Positions 1 through 14,104 of a stretch of 64,000 nucleotides of DNA are shown here, one piece after another (position 1 is the first letter of the stretch; each line of letters starts with the position of its first letter). Made by a program: the position numbers and the translations under genes. This stretch comes from Eledone cirrhosa (taxonomy: Eukaryota): assembly GCA_964016885.1 (NCBI GenBank), contig OZ024742.1:150226001-150290000 (forward strand), in the 5' to 3' direction. The notes beneath the pieces were generated by a model that was given only the letters and a program-made list of their open reading frames with translations, was not told the DNA's origin and searched no databases.

Positions 1-9
1 CTGTCTTTT

Positions 10-70
<61 letters not shown>

Positions 71-269
71 CGTGTGTGTGTGAAATGTATGCATTATTTT
101 AATAAACAAACAATATTAGCTTCAATGTGAAAAGTAAATGGTGGATGTATTGTAGATGCTATTTCTCTGCAGGCAGAAAAACTGGGCTCAATCTGACCAA
201 CTTCTAGTCTTGTAAGATTTTGAGAAAATAAACCCATATTCTCTCCTCAAACAGATACTTCTTCCTGTT

Positions 270-520
270 TGTCCACTTATTCCTAACAGGATCGTGGGGG
301 TAGAGTCCTCGAGTATTCCTTCCAGCAAGTCCTGTCAAAAGCAACTGTCTCCAATTAATCCATCTGGATCCCCAAGCGAGACCAGCGAAGCTGGTCCAAC
401 CATCTTGCTCGGGGTCTATCCAGCAATTCTTTCCTGAGACATTCTAACCATGTTTCTGTAATATTGGAACAGACATGTGATTAGAATGCAGCTCCAACTC
501 GATAAGGTGAAAAGAAACAA
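270..520 (-). mobile_element. Degenerate 3' fragment of an RTE-like LINE
   Basis: Minus strand translates as RPRARWLDQLRWSRLGI..*LETVAFDRTCW, matching the RPRxRWxD...A.DR..W C-terminus of RTE-type ORFs; contains stops. Boundaries approximate. Confidence 0.5.
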
Positions 521-1152
521 ACAAACAAATTAGTAGCTTATATATATTTAAATATCTATAAGCTGCCATCAACCACTATAGGGTTCCGTTCCTCATAGAG
601 GCCAGTATTGACAGAAGATAAATATATTTTCTCTGATGACAGTATAACAAGACTAAAAATTGGTTAGGTCAAACCCACTTTTTTTCTGGCTAAGGAGAAA
701 TAATATGATACAACCATAATTTTATGTTTCACAGTGATGCTGAATTTGTTTATTTAAAAAAATATTACTTTCTATTTCAAACGATCCAAAAATTCAAGTC
801 TTTACTGTATGTGTTAAAGCATTTCTTTTTTGCACCTAAACGAGTTTGTTGTGAATGTGTGTTGGTTTTACAATAAAATTATATTGTGAATATATAAAAC
901 AAAATGGCTGGTATGATTAGTGTTCAAGGTGATTGAAAATAATGTCATAAGGTCAGATCTTATGAAATATTTGATATATATATATATATATATATATGCC
1001 AAAATCTGGAACGTATGAACAAGATGTGGCCTGACCCATCTAATCTCAGAGTGTGACAATCCATCAAACCCATGCCAATATCGATAGCAGACATAAAATG
1101 ATGCATACAGAATGATTGATATTCATTTTAAAGGGAACTTCATCTTATCAAT

Positions 1153-1196
<44 letters not shown>

Positions 1197-4186
1197 TATG
1201 TACCCAATGTCTTGGACTCCACCAGGTTTAAACTGCCCAAGGCATACTGTATGTTTCTACAGTGCCCCTACAACTTCATCAAGAGTTATGAGTCCTTACA
1301 TTAATACATATATATGCATTATTATATGCTTTCTATGCTGGCTTGAGTTGGACGGGACTTTTGTGGCAGTGTTACCTTTCCTGATGCCAACAAAAGGCAG
1401 GGGTATGGTGTACATATTCTAAAAAGCAAGATACAAAGACACGTATATATTATATATTATGTGTGTGCATAATATATGTAATTTATATGTATGCTATGTA
1501 ATATATTTGTGTATTACATTCTTTGTTTACACATTTAAGAAAATGATTTTTATTTGCAAAAATCTTCATTATCTATTTTTTTAAATATGTATAATATAAC
1601 AACATGATTTATTACGATTTTATTCTTTCTTTTTTTATGTAACAAATATTTTCTAGATATATTTTTGTATTGAAATTACTCAAATTTTTGTAAGGGCCAT
1701 GAGTGTTATCACAACTAATGGAGTGATCTCGTGTGCTGGCTTGTTCATATACCATCCAAGAGCAAGTTGTTCCTAATAGTATTGAAACTCAGATTTATGT
1801 AAACTTTAAAATACCTTGTGAATTGAGAACTGTAAACATTCACCATGTTACTACTTATGTTGAATTGTATAGTTTCAGTGTGTCAAGAGACTTTAGAATG
1901 CTCACATGGAATGATGGTGATGAGAGAATGAATGGTTCAGGTACTGTTACAGGTATTGCACTATGTCCTTAGCAAAATAACCTCAATCCACCTCTCTGTA
2001 TATAGGTACTGCAGGAAAATAGATCATTACTGTAAACCATATTTTATCTATAATTTGAGTGTTTTGTCATCATGCAGTACTGGGTTCAATTTTTTCTGTA
2101 CACAAACCAGGTTTAATGTCTTATATAAGTGAAGGTATGTATATTATCTTAAAAATCACTATTTTCTAATAAAAATGTAAAAGAAAATGTTAGAAAATCT
2201 TGGTTGTGACATAAAGACTAGAATACAGCTGATGGCTCCTTTTCAGAGATAAATTTATGATTAGACTGTCTCTGATGAAAAATGAATCTATAAGAGTAAA
2301 TTGCTACCTGAACAACTTATGCTCAGAGCTAAAGATGATTGAATCAGTAAAAGATAACGTGGGAAATTTTTTCGTAGCTAGTTTGAAATTGAACTTTTTG
2401 TGTTGACTTCTACTCTTTGGTCCTGTGAGGTTGAGTTATACCAGTAATATACTGATTGACTCAGTGAACTGTATTCTTTCCTACATGATCACAATACTGT
2501 GTAGTGTATCTCTTAACCTCATGATTCCAAGGTGAAATTCTTAATGATCTTGAAAAAGCGATCCCAATTTTTGTTTTCTAGAGAACTTGTACTTATCTTT
2601 CAAATAAATATTCAAACAAAGCTTATTTTAATGTATTACTTTTTTTATTATTATATTCATGTTTGTGGTTTAGATGTTTTGTCAGTTTTATTGTTTTTAC
2701 AAGAAAAAGTCTGCAAATTTCTTGATGGAAAAAAGTGATTACATTTCATTCAAGATTTCTCAAGATTAGTCGTAGTAACATAAGAAAAGTGAAATAACAA
2801 TGAGCTGGAATTGAAGTTGTATATTGATATTATACGCAAGTAGATATTCATGATAGATTAAAAAAAAACGATATTATATATAAACTTCATTAGGAGAAAA
2901 TTAATGTTTATTTAAGCGATTGCCACCGGAAGTGTTGACATTTGAAAATTCTAAAGAAGTGAATCTTTAAATAAATAATAAAATATATTTAATGAACAGT
3001 CACGAAATTTAGTAAATAAATTATGTAATATTCATTCATTATTTATTCAAAGTAATCCAACTTATTTTATTAATGGGATAAAAAATTATAAACCGTACAC
3101 AGTCCCGCGCTTCTTACTTTATTATAGTTTAGATTCTAAATTTAGGTCTTCTCTCAATACACTATTAACATTAATCATTAATCATCCTTTCTTGCCATAT
3201 TCCTACCTAAATGTTAGTCTGGGTTTGAAATCAGAATTTGTATTCATAACACACTCTTACTTCTGCATAATGGTGCTGAATTGAAACCTTAAGTATTTAT
3301 GTAGGAATAGAGCATCTGAAAATGGTTAGATATTGAACTCATTGAAATATAATTAATGTAAAATGTTAAAGTATGAAATATGAAGATTAAAGTCCGGGAA
3401 ATTTAAACACTTGTATATAAACATAGTTCAGAGGTAGAGTTGGCTGAGTTGAATGAGTTTTGATCAGCTGGTGAAGAGGTTCATGGTTTGTATAATATTG
3501 AATGAGTTGATGGAATGATAGCCGCCTCCTGCTCAAAAGGTTCATGTTTCATATCACTGCACAAGGATATGACTAATGTTTTGTCTTTTTCTATCTGGCT
3601 GTAAACCTTATGTAAAATTTTCTAACTGATCAAGAAGACTCAAGTTTCACTAAGCTTTCCTGATGAAGTCGAATAATATCAAAACATATCCCTAGCCGTC
3701 ATCTTGCTTGCTAACAAAAATTAGATTTTACCCCAAGCATGTAAATTATTTTTGTGAAATTCAGTTCAATATTTTTGAAAAACCTCCCCCTTCTTTTTGA
3801 GAGTCACTAATAATTACTGACACATCTTTGGCAGCAGTTTTTCTAGTTCACTATAGCATCTGATGCTAATTTACACTCAAGTATTATTACCATCTCATTT
3901 GCACAGAAATACATAAAAAAAGCTTTGCACAAGATATGTATCTAAAATGATAATTTCTAATTTCTTCTAACAAACCCTTTTGCTACACAACCATTAGATA
4001 TCCATCTGCAGAATATGGGTCTTCAATGAACTTCATATCCACAATTAAATTGGCCCCTGTACTTTATTTTATCAACCCTATAATGATGAAAGGCAAAGCT
4101 AACTTTGGCAGGATTTCAACTCAATGCAAAGGGGGTAACTATATGCTACAAAGTATGTTGTCTGGAGCTATACTGCTACTGCATGT

Positions 4187-4384
4187 CTTTAGCATTTACA
4201 TTACTCTATATTTACTGTTGTATTTTCATGGTAAACACTTTATTTCACATAATTATCACACATAATATTGAATCTATGAGATTTTGATATTTTTTTTTAG
4301 AACATAAAGCATGAGCAGCTGGTTTGAACAGAAAGGTGAAATAATTCTAGCTGGATATGGCTAGTTTAAATGCTAAAAGGTTAA
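4187..4384 (+). mobile_element. piggyBac-type MITE, copy 1 (left TIR eroded)
   Basis: Same ~200-bp body as the copies at 6411, 9488 and 25646; ends TAAATGCTAAAAGG-TTAA. Confidence 0.75.
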
Positions 4385-5255
4385 TACTAATAATCTGCTT
4401 TATAAACGGTTTTTGCAATATTTTTTGCAAAAATCCCTATGTTTGACCATAATTTGAATATAATAGAAAAATTGTGTTGAAATGAGGATTTTCTTTATAG
4501 GGCACACAACTGGATGCCATTATTTTTTTTTTAGACTAGCCTGTGTTTTTGACTAATACCTTGTAAGTAAAATTTAATAGATGAAAACTGGAAATTTGTA
4601 TATATGTTTGTGGTATGTGTGCATTCTACTGTAAATTTTATGTGATGTTTACAGCCAAATGGGCTCTAACTAATTAAAGGGTGAACTCAATCATTTGGTA
4701 AGTAAAAATTGATAAAATGAGCAACAGATTAACTGCTTCTTGATTTCTGCACCAAGCTTTACTGAACATCAAATCATCCTTGGATGGTTCCAATAGTTTG
4801 CTAAATGAGCCCAGCTTAGAAAAATTCGCAAAGTCCACTCTGTTGTAAACATTTGGGCCAGGTCTCCATTTTGAAAATACCTTCCTCCCTCCCTGCCACA
4901 AGTCTTGGAAACCAAGGAAAGGGTTGTGGGCACTGATCTTCCTTCTCTGACTAAACACTAGTAAAAGGAAAATAATTTTGTCATGATGGTAGCTAGTGGC
5001 AGAAAAAAAGAAACGCCCAAGCAAGCCAAGTTTGTGACATAGTTTATATTACTTGTCTGACATTTGTGATATTAATTTGCCTGAAATCATGCCTAGTTCT
5101 AAGGTGAAAACCATTTGTTTTAAAATATTCATATTTAAATTTAAACCTTCTATTATAGTTTTATGTAAGAAACGTTATGTTCCAAACAGCAAATTGATAA
5201 GAAGTTAGTTATATGTCAAAATCCTTGCAAATCCTTTTGTTATTTAAAAAATTAA

Positions 5256-5890
5256 GTAATTTATAGAACACCCCACTCAATTTCAGTGGAAAAAATTTTT
5301 TTTTCTATCAACTAATCTAACCTCCAAGATTCTGGCAATCGATTCATGGAGAACCCCCTCCAGCTCAGAGTTTTCCCTCCAATTTTTTTTTTGCATGTTA
5401 TCAACGAATAGTACCTCCAAACAAGTTGGGAACGACTAGATTTGTAGAAAAAAAAAAAGAGGGGATAGGGAGTGAAAAGACCATCAGAGTTTCGCAAATC
5501 TACACATTTCTCGTATTTGGTGGGAAATAGTTATCTTTCCTTGTTTTTTTTCTGGATTCCTTACATGCTTGGAAGATGGAAACCTAACCATAATCCGAAA
5601 AAGAAGTTTATTCCAAGCATCTAAGAAGTCCAGACATAAAAAAAAAAAAAATCGAAGAATTATTTCTCACCAAACCTGTAAGATGTGTAGATCTGCAAAA
5701 CCCACACTTTTTCTACAAGTCTACAAGTGTATCATTTCCGACTCGTTTGGAGGTCCTACTCCAATAAGACGTGAAAAAAAAAGTTGATTACAAGCATCTT
5801 GGCGGTTAGATTAATTGATAGCGCATGAAAAAAAACGAGGAATAAAATTTTTTACTCACTGAAATTGAGTAGGGTGTTCTAAAATAATAC
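5256..5890. mobile_element. Foldback-like MITE with long imperfect inverted arms
   Basis: Left TAGAACACCCCACTCAATTTCAGTG mirrors right CACTGAAATTGAGTAGGGTGTTCTA. Internal mirror blocks include CTAATCTAACCTCCAAGAT / ATCTTGGCGGTTAGATTAA and ACCTCCAAACAAGTTGG / CCGACTCGTTTGGAGGT. Confidence 0.7.
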
Positions 5891-6410
5891 CAATAATTAA
5901 TTGAAAATCATAGACAGTATATTTTACTAGTAGTATGGTAATGAAAGTTAAACCATGCTAATTATTTTGAGAAAGGCATAAATTTATCTAATCACATTCT
6001 CTTCAATTCATTTTTAGTCTTAAGACTATGTAAGAAATCCTTTTGTATTTGAACCAAATGTACATTCTTCATCTGTATAATGTTTAAAGGAAGGAATCCT
6101 TGGATTTTTTCCTGTTGCCTTCACTGGGTCAACACATAATTTAAAAATAACCCCAGTTGATTTGGTCCTTTAACCAACAAGAGTTAGTTAACTTGCCCAG
6201 AAAAAAATGAATGACATGTAAACTTAACAGTTAATTTGGTTGAAGAACAAAGCCTTAAATTTAATAAAGAAGACTATTGAGAATTTGGTGTTCATACACT
6301 AAATTACTAATTGTTTTTGGAAAGGTAAATACAAAATGAGATTTCAACTGTTAAGGCTTTTGATACTAACTGGATCTATCAAACAAAACACCCATTTTAA
6401 ACTGTTCTCA

Positions 6411-6616
6411 TTAATCCTTTAGCATTTACATGACTCTATATTTACTATTGTATTTTTGTGGTAAAGGCTTTATCTCACATAATATTGAATCTACGAGATG
6501 TTAATGCTATTTATTTTGAGAACAATACATTAACATCAGTATAAATGGCCAGTTTGAATAGAAAGAGGTGATAGAATTCTGGTCAGATACAGCCGGTTTA
6601 AATGCTAAAGGGTTAA
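6411..6616 (+). mobile_element. piggyBac-type MITE, copy 2
   Basis: TTAA-TCCTTTAGCATTTA ... TAAATGCTAAAGGG-TTAA: 14-bp TIR with TTAA target duplication. Confidence 0.85.
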
Positions 6617-9487
6617 ATTAAAATCTCCCAACATAATTCTATACAAGAACCATGAGTTAAGTTACTATCTTAATAAAATAATTTATAATTTTAGTAAATC
6701 CTTTAAAATTCTTCATTAATTAATTGAAAAAATATGTATTTCAATAGAAATATGGTCATGAAAAGGTTAAACAAAAATTCAGTTGATGATAAAAATAAGT
6801 AGTAACTCATTATTAATAGTTATATATCTTTATTACAAAAATTCATATGATTAATAATACAGTACATAAAGTGGTATTTCATTGTTGGTTTGATATTGTA
6901 TAAAACTCTAAAATAAATTTCTCGTTAAATTTATATTTTTCTTTAGTAGGTATATTTAGTGAAAATGTCCATTATGATGGTAATGCAAATATTTGAAAAA
7001 TAAAATATAATAAAATAACATCAATAAAGAAAAGTTAATTGGACGATATGTTGATATGTAAATATGGGAGATAGAAAAAATGTTTTTACAAGTCACAAAT
7101 CAGTGCATAGCACTAGGATCTAAAGTTAAAAGAAATCATTCTGTATAGTATAAGTTTCCTGAAGCCTAGAGTTAACGAAACAACTAATACAGATACTAAC
7201 TCACAACAAATGAATTGGTCAGGTGTAATATCTCATTTTAAAAGGAAATTTCACCACTGAGATATCCCTAGAGTATAGATCTATCTAGAGCAACATGGAA
7301 GGCTAAATGTTGTCCATGCAATAAGTCACTTCTCTCTGTACAGTGGTGTAGTCCAGTGGTTCTGAAAGGTTTGCAAAGATCAAAAAGCTTCTACATTTGA
7401 AATATTTGATAGAACACAAAATGCTCTTGAATGTTATACAGTAAGTTGCAGGAGGCCCAAAGGTTACAATACAACAATTATAGTAAACAAAAACAGAAAT
7501 ATTTCCCCAAGTATCAAATATATCCTCAGACGATTAGTGATTTGCAAAAATGGCTCATGATGGTAAAAGAGTGTGAACCATTGGTGTAATAAAAGGGAAG
7601 CTAAGCACCAAGGGATCTGGGTACTCATGTTGCTGGTGGAGTTGCTAAAAGAGGTTGGAAACAACTGGAATGATCGAGAACAAGACCACTCCAGGTTTGA
7701 TCCCTAAACTTTCCAATGAGCAGGTTTCACTTTTATTTAATCCAAGTGTCTGACATACTCCATCCCTCTCTCTTTATTTTAGGAGTGGAGGTTTGAAAAT
7801 ACATATATATCATTGGTATACAGGGGTATATTACTTCTAGCATTCAACACTCTCTCTGTCTTTATATGCCACCAGTAACATATACAAGAAAAATGATTGA
7901 TAGCAGCTTTAATAGCATAATTGGAGGAATTAACTCCCCAAGCCTTACTTCTAACATGAACACAATGCAGTACAAGGTGTTACACAAGTTTGTTTTGTTG
8001 ACTAAATTTGCAGCCCCTCAATAGTTGGAAGTTAGCTGCCCACTGCTCTCAAAACACATGGAGAAAATGAAAACAAAAAAAGATGAACAGTAATTAATAT
8101 GATATTATCTCGGGTAATATAGTACGTTTTAAAAAATATTTTATCAACTGAGATTATACAGTCAATAAAAACTCCAAGGGAGTTTAAAATCTACAAACAA
8201 GCAAGGGAAACAACTCCAATATGATCAATTGACAATGCAAATTGTAATGAATTTGATCTTTAAAGCCAAGGAGCAGATAGTTTTTATTTTACATCTAAAT
8301 CCTGCTAACGTAACATGAAGCGGTAATGAAAGATAATGGAATTGAGATAATGACAACTAGCAACAAAGAATATACAAAAGTCAGAATATCTGTGAGTTAG
8401 GAATTCTTATTTTTCCTGGGAGACATATTCCCTAAATAATGTAAAACTGCTCTGAACAAGGAATTAAAAATACCTTCCATTTGTTTACCCCCTCTTTCTA
8501 CACTGATGATTGTTCTACAAGAAATAGTAGCCAAATCTTCCTTAAATCACACTGTCTTAAAAAAGGAAGAATACAATAGACAATGTAATCACATATACAA
8601 AATAGTGGGACGGTTACTAATAGAATGCCTTTGATCATAGGTCTACACAACCAGGACTGATCTAAGAATATCAAAAGACATACTATTATATGGTTAAATT
8701 ACAGTTTAAAGGTTTATAGAATAGAAGAAACTCAATTGTAGCAGTCATAGTTTTTTGAAGGATATGTGTTCTTGATTGAGGAAATGAAACTGGATATTAA
8801 ATTATAATAGCAGAATTCTTACTGTTGAATGTCTATAGAGAAACCATTAAAGGAAAGAAACAAAGAAGAAAGGGTTACTTGCTTTTGTATTTATATTTAA
8901 TTGCGCATAGAGTATAAAGAAAAGATTATTATGTGAAATGGATCTTGATATTGTTATTGTTGATGTGTTTGGGATAAAATTAATATGAAGGATGGTGTTG
9001 TAGCAATTGTCTGGAAGAACTAAGTGACATGGTTAAGAAAGCAGGGAAAATACAACCAGAGCAAAATGAGTGTTGGTACTGAAAGAAACTAGAAAACAGA
9101 ACACTAAATCAGAAGAGACAAACTTATAACAGAACATTGGTTACAACTATGTCAAGTGATATATGTAGCAAAGTATCTTTTAATGAACTCTTTCAGAAAT
9201 AATCAAACTCCATATCTCAAAGGTCTCTATGTAATAACTTGATTTGGTAGAAATAGCAGCCAAATTACCTTCAAATCACATCCTACCATCTTAGAAAAGG
9301 AAATTAAAAAATATATTGGATAATGTGGTGATAGTTACTTCTAAAAATAAAAAATGGTCAGAGCTGAAACTACTTTGATCATGAGTTTGCTTTATTCAGG
9401 TTAACTTAGAGTGAATAACTTTTTTTAAGTTTCCTATGCCTAGTGTATATTTAATTAAACATGACTGCAGTTGGATTATGACAATAT

Positions 9488-9703
9488 TTAACCCTTTAGC
9501 ATTTATATTACACTATATTTACAATTGTATTTTTGCAGTAAAGGCTTTATCTTACATAATTATCTCACATAATATCGAATCTATAAGATTTTGATATTAT
9601 TTATTTTGAGAACAATACCTTAACGCCAGTTACAACTGGTTTCAAGAGAAAACGGTGAGAGAATTCTGGCCGGATATGGCCGGTTTAAATGCTAAAGGGT
9701 TAA
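9488..9703 (+). mobile_element. piggyBac-type MITE, copy 3
   Basis: TTAA-CCCTTTAGCATTTA ... TAAATGCTAAAGGG-TTAA; perfect TIRs and TTAA TSD. Confidence 0.9.
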
Positions 9704-10483
9704 CTTGGACCAAGCAATATTGTGGTAACTAAAATGTAAAAGTCATTCACTAAAACTTTCTTAAAGGAAAAAATGTCTTGGGATATTGTATTGACTTTAA
9801 ATGCTGTACATCTGCCAAGCAGTTTATAGTTGAATAACATAGCATATTTCTGAAACTTGTTTCTCTCACATACATTATAAAATGCCTGATTAAGTACACA
9901 TGCTTTTTCTAAAAAAAAAAAAATGTTTCCCATCCATCCCCTTCTCATGCTCTATCTTTCTATTTCATCTTTTATTTTTCATTCTATCTTCTGATGAAGG
10001 ACTAATTTCCAAAACATAAAGACTCTTTTCCTACTATACCAAGCGCTAAACTAATATATTTCTTCACTGCACTGTGTTGTTTCCGTTTACTTTTTGCATA
10101 TAACTTTCTAATTATAGCAACAATATGAAAACAAAATAGCAATGATTTGGTTCTTTGAAAAATAAAAAAGTTAAAAAGATTGTAACTAGCACCAATTAAC
10201 CTGAATTTAAATGGAATTTTGTGAATGGAAATAAAAACCTATGGGGAAAAATAAGAAAAAAATATAGAAAGACACATTAATATACATATATACATATACA
10301 TACAATCAACTTCAAAGTTGTCTTAAAAAATTATAAGAATAGCCATCTTTATAACAAAGATAGATATATGGAATATATTTTTATGACCAAAAACTTTTTC
10401 TTTTCCTTTCCAGTGGGGTTTGGATTACTGAACAATGGTGCATGGGAAAAATTAAACTATAAAAGTTGAAGAAGTAACATATT

Positions 10484-10677
10484 TCAGATCAGAAGTTGGA
10501 AGAGTAAGGTCACAATACAGATGACAAGTAGAAAATAGCTGGCTGATTTGGTAGTTGCATCATTACAGTCATCAGTACTACACAGACAACGAACACTGTA
10601 GCCACCGTGTGTCATAGTTCTTACACATGAGTCTTCTTCATCACTTTGTAGACATCCTCGGGTTACAGCAGACACCT
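10484..10677 (-). CDS. Ly6/uPAR (three-finger, Quiver/Sleepless-like) GPI-anchored protein, exon 3 (terminal coding exon)
   Basis: Acceptor ttttcgatttctag| then (K)VSAVTRGCLQSDEEDSCVRTMTHGGYSVRCLCSTDDCNDATTKSASYFLLVICIVTLLFQLLI*. Shows the RGC motif, the CxCxxDxCN LU-domain terminus and a hydrophobic GPI-signal tail. Phase 1 matches exon 2. Confidence 0.9.
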
Positions 10678-10760
10678 CTAGAAATCGAAAAGAATCAATA
10701 TATTATATATATTAATATATACATGTGTGTTGTGTGTGTGTGTGTATATATATATATACA

Positions 10761-11576
10761 TCTATATCTATATACATAAATGGCAATTTCTGTCTGTTTA
10801 TTTGTTTGTGAACCTAAAACTAAAAAAACTACCAAACTGATCTTGATGAAACTTGACACGTGTGTGGGGCTCATGCCCATTTGATTTCTTACGTATATTT
10901 CATTTTAATCAAAGGGTTCCCCGGGGGCTCAAACCCCCACTTAATTTTTTCCCTTCAATTTATATGAAATTTAAACCATAAATAAATGACAAGATATGAT
11001 GCCTATTCACAAAATTTCAGCAAATTTCAATAATATTAAGACACCCTAATGGGGGTTAAACCCCCTATAGTGAAAATTTTGCCCAATAAATGGAACAAGA
11101 TTTCATGAACTCCTCCTATGGTTTTGGAGATAGAGCCCCATAACCATATATATTCTGAAACTACATTGCCCAGGGTACTTGGATAAGTATATTTCATTTT
11201 AATCAAAGGGTTCCCCGGGGGCACAAAACCCCTGCTGAAAATGTTTTCCCTTCGATTTATATGACATTTAAACCATAGGTAATTGACAAGATATGATGCC
11301 TATTCACAGAATTTCAGCAAATTTCAATAATATTAAGACACCCTAATGGCAGTTCTATTTTTTTCCTTATAGCAACACTCAACTTCTCTGACATTTTTTC
11401 ACCTGACCAATGCAATCAACAATATTTGTTTGTATTATTGTTTCATAAAAGAATTTGTCTTCACTTTTGATTATCTGTCCTATATTTTGATTTGATTTTT
11501 GGTCTGAGAGGCATTGGGCATTTTAATGGGAACTGGGAATACACCCACTCCCGGGTATTACCGGGTACCTCAGCTA

Positions 11577-11577
<1 letters not shown>
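10761..11577 (+). mobile_element. Non-autonomous Helitron-like element with an internal ~160-bp direct repeat
   Basis: 5' A|TCTATATCTATATACATAAATGGC; 3' GC-rich CCCGGGTATTACCGGGTACC followed by CAGCTAG|T (CTAG end, AT target, no TSD). Block ~10893-11050 is repeated at ~11187-11349. Confidence 0.75.
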
Positions 11578-11611
<34 letters not shown>

Positions 11612-11844
11612 CAAAATATAAAACAATCAAATTTTTGCTTAATACATTAAATGTATTAAGCAAAAATTTGATTATTTTATATTTTGTATTTCTGCTCTGT
11701 AATACATCTAAGTTACATTGAGCTTTTTCTCTTACTTGTAATTGGGTAGTACTTAATACTACCCTTTCATCTTTAAAATTATATATAACTCATATATAAG
11801 TATAAATAATATTATTAGTGTGTGAGAGAGAGAGATAATAATAT

Positions 11845-12540
11845 ATGCGAATGGCAAAGCATAAATGTACTGAGAGAGAAACTAGACATAAGGGGAAACA
11901 GATGCAGTGGGCAGGAGAGAAGATTGTGTTAGTATGGACATGTGATGTGTATGAAGGATGGGAACTGTATAAAAAGGTGCAGATCACTCAAAGTCGATGG
12001 AAGACTTAGGATGAGGTGATAAAAGCTGACTTTGCCCAACTGCACCTCTCAAAGGCAATGACACGATTGAGATCACTGGTGTTATGCAGTAATACAGAAG
12101 ACCCAACTTCTCACAGGCACATGAGGACAAGCTCAAGTATACATCAAGTGAAGCCTCCAGCCCACACTGTAAAGTGGTCGTGAGTGCAACACGACAAAAG
12201 GTGCCCAGGCGATACTGAAATGGTTTTGATGGCAACTCGGCAAAAAGCACACAGCCCACACTGTGAAGTGGTCATATAGGTGTCACGGCTAGAAACACCC
12301 AGTCCACAATGTAAAGAAGCGGTGTATGCATCATGACAAAAAGTACTCAGTACTCACTGTAAATGAGGTTGGCACTAAGAAGTGCATTCAGCTGTAGAAA
12401 CCAAGCCAAAATCTGTTCTGTATGAGCATGACATGGTCACCTGACCTGGCATTTCTCATAACAGTATAACACGTCTAACCCATGCCAGCATGGAAAAAAT
12501 GGACGTATGATGATGATGATGATGATTATATGATGATTAT
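11845..12540 (+). mobile_element. Degenerate RTE 3' end / RTE-tailed SINE
   Basis: Diverged match to the RTE 3' region at 20452-21110; ends CCATGCCAGCATGGAAAAAATGGACGTA(TGA)n. Confidence 0.6.
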
Positions 12541-12544
12541 ATAT

Positions 12545-13870
12545 CATCATCATCGTTTAACGTCCATCTTCCACGCTTGCATGGGTTTGGATGGGAATTT
12601 TCCAACTTGAGGCAAGATTGGTTGTCTTGCTTGTATAGGACTGTCTAGCGGGTTTTCTACGGCTGGATGCCCTTCCTAACAACAACCACGATTACAGTGT
12701 GGAACTGGGAGGTTTTTACCGTGTTACCTACACGGCCACATTACAGCGTTGACTGTGTTTTTTTTGTCGTGACACCTACACGAACTCATTTATTTCGGAC
12801 TGGATGTTGTGGTACCAACATAACTTTACATCGAAAGGGGTGGTGTGGATGGGGTGGGGGTAGTGGGACAGGTGTGTATTTTTGTTAAGAGGTGCCTACT
12901 GACTGTAGGTTTCGCTTTGTACTTAGGCAAGGTGGGTCTTCTGTATAACTGTGTAGCGCCAAAGATCTCGGTCCAGTGACATTGTCTTGGAGAGGTGTAA
13001 GTGTGTGAGGTCGGAATTTATCAAGTCGTCCCAGGTTTTTCTGGGTCTGCCTACTCCGTGGCTACCGTCTATTTTTATCGCCCTGCACTTTTTTATACAG
13101 CTGTCGTCTTTCATGCGCATCACATGACCATACCAACGTAGTCTTCTCTCGAGTAAACAACATCTGATTCCTCTTATTTCTAATTTTTCCCTTAGTTCAT
13201 TTATGCTTTGCCGTTCACGTATATTACTATTACACATCCAACGGAGCATGCAAGCATTGTTCCTCTCCAGTCTGCGTATATCCTCTGCACACAATGCCCA
13301 AGTTTCACTTCCATGTAACATTGTTGTTCGTATGCAGGCATCATACAGCCTGCCTTTAATTTTTAGAGAGAACCCTTTAGCGGCCAATAGTGGTATAAGC
13401 TCTCTGAACTTTTTCCATCCCGTTCTGACTCTAGCTACTGTACTTTCAGATCACCCTCCACCACTGCTGATTTTGTCACCCAGGTAACGGAACGTGTCCA
13501 CTATTCCTATAGAACCATCTGTGCAATGGAATGAGCTAGTATTCTGTGGGCACTTGCTGCTACTTATTGCACCTGAGCACCGGCCACATATAAAATCTTT
13601 ATTCTTAGTTAGCTTACCTGTGATCCCACTACATCTTTTATGCACCCATACTTTGCATTTGGGACATAAAATGGAGTTTCTGCCTACTCCTTTCCTATAC
13701 ACTGAGCATGGCCAATTCCCAGATGGGACCAGTGCCCTATTTTCCTTCCTACAAACTAGAACTTTAGTCTTAGACAGGTTAATTTTAAGGCCTTTTGATT
13801 CTAGGCCATGCTTCCATGTTTGGAATTTCTTCTCTAGTTCAGCCATTGATTCAGCTATGAGTGTTAGATC
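12545..13870 (-). mobile_element. 5'-truncated RTE-clade LINE (RT C-terminus, 3' UTR, (GAT)n tail)
   Basis: ORFs 13451-13900 and 12923-13387: DLTLIAES..LEKKF..W...LE.KGLKIN..KTKV, FRYLGD, MLHGSETW, RRLRWYGHVMR, GRPRKTW. Tail GGACGTTAAACGATGATGATG. Confidence 0.9.
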
Positions 13871-13915
13871 ATATATATATATATACACACACATAGACAC
13901 ATATATATATATATA

Positions 13916-14092
13916 CAGGGTGTATCAAAGAAAATCATACAATTTTATTTACAATTTTTACAAATGCTTGGATATGGAAATTACTTTAATAAAATTTATA
14001 AAAATTTAAAAAAAAAGAATAAAACTTTATAAGTTACCACATGATTATATAGTCATTTGTTTAAAAAAAAAAAGCCTTTTTGATACACCCTA
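13916..14092. mobile_element. Tc1/mariner-type MITE
   Basis: TA-CAGGGTGTATCAAA ... TTTGATACACCCTA-TA: TIRs with TA flanks. Confidence 0.75.
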
Positions 14093-14104
14093 TATACTTA
14101 GAAT

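Noticed and set aside
1695-1972. ORF 1733-1972 and nearby possible exons (also ~598-662) of an upstream plus-strand gene
   Set aside because: No recognisable domain, an in-frame stop just upstream of the ORF, and weak splice signals; cannot be supported without transcript data.
4674-5024. 116-aa minus-strand ORF
   Set aside because: Non-ATG start and no recognisable motifs or splice context; probably decayed repeat sequence.
9985-10030. CTGATGAAGGACTAATTTCCAAAACATAAAG hammerhead-like motif (similar case at ~3660)
   Set aside because: GAAA is replaced by AAAA and stem III is absent; at best a dead relic, so not called as a ribozyme.
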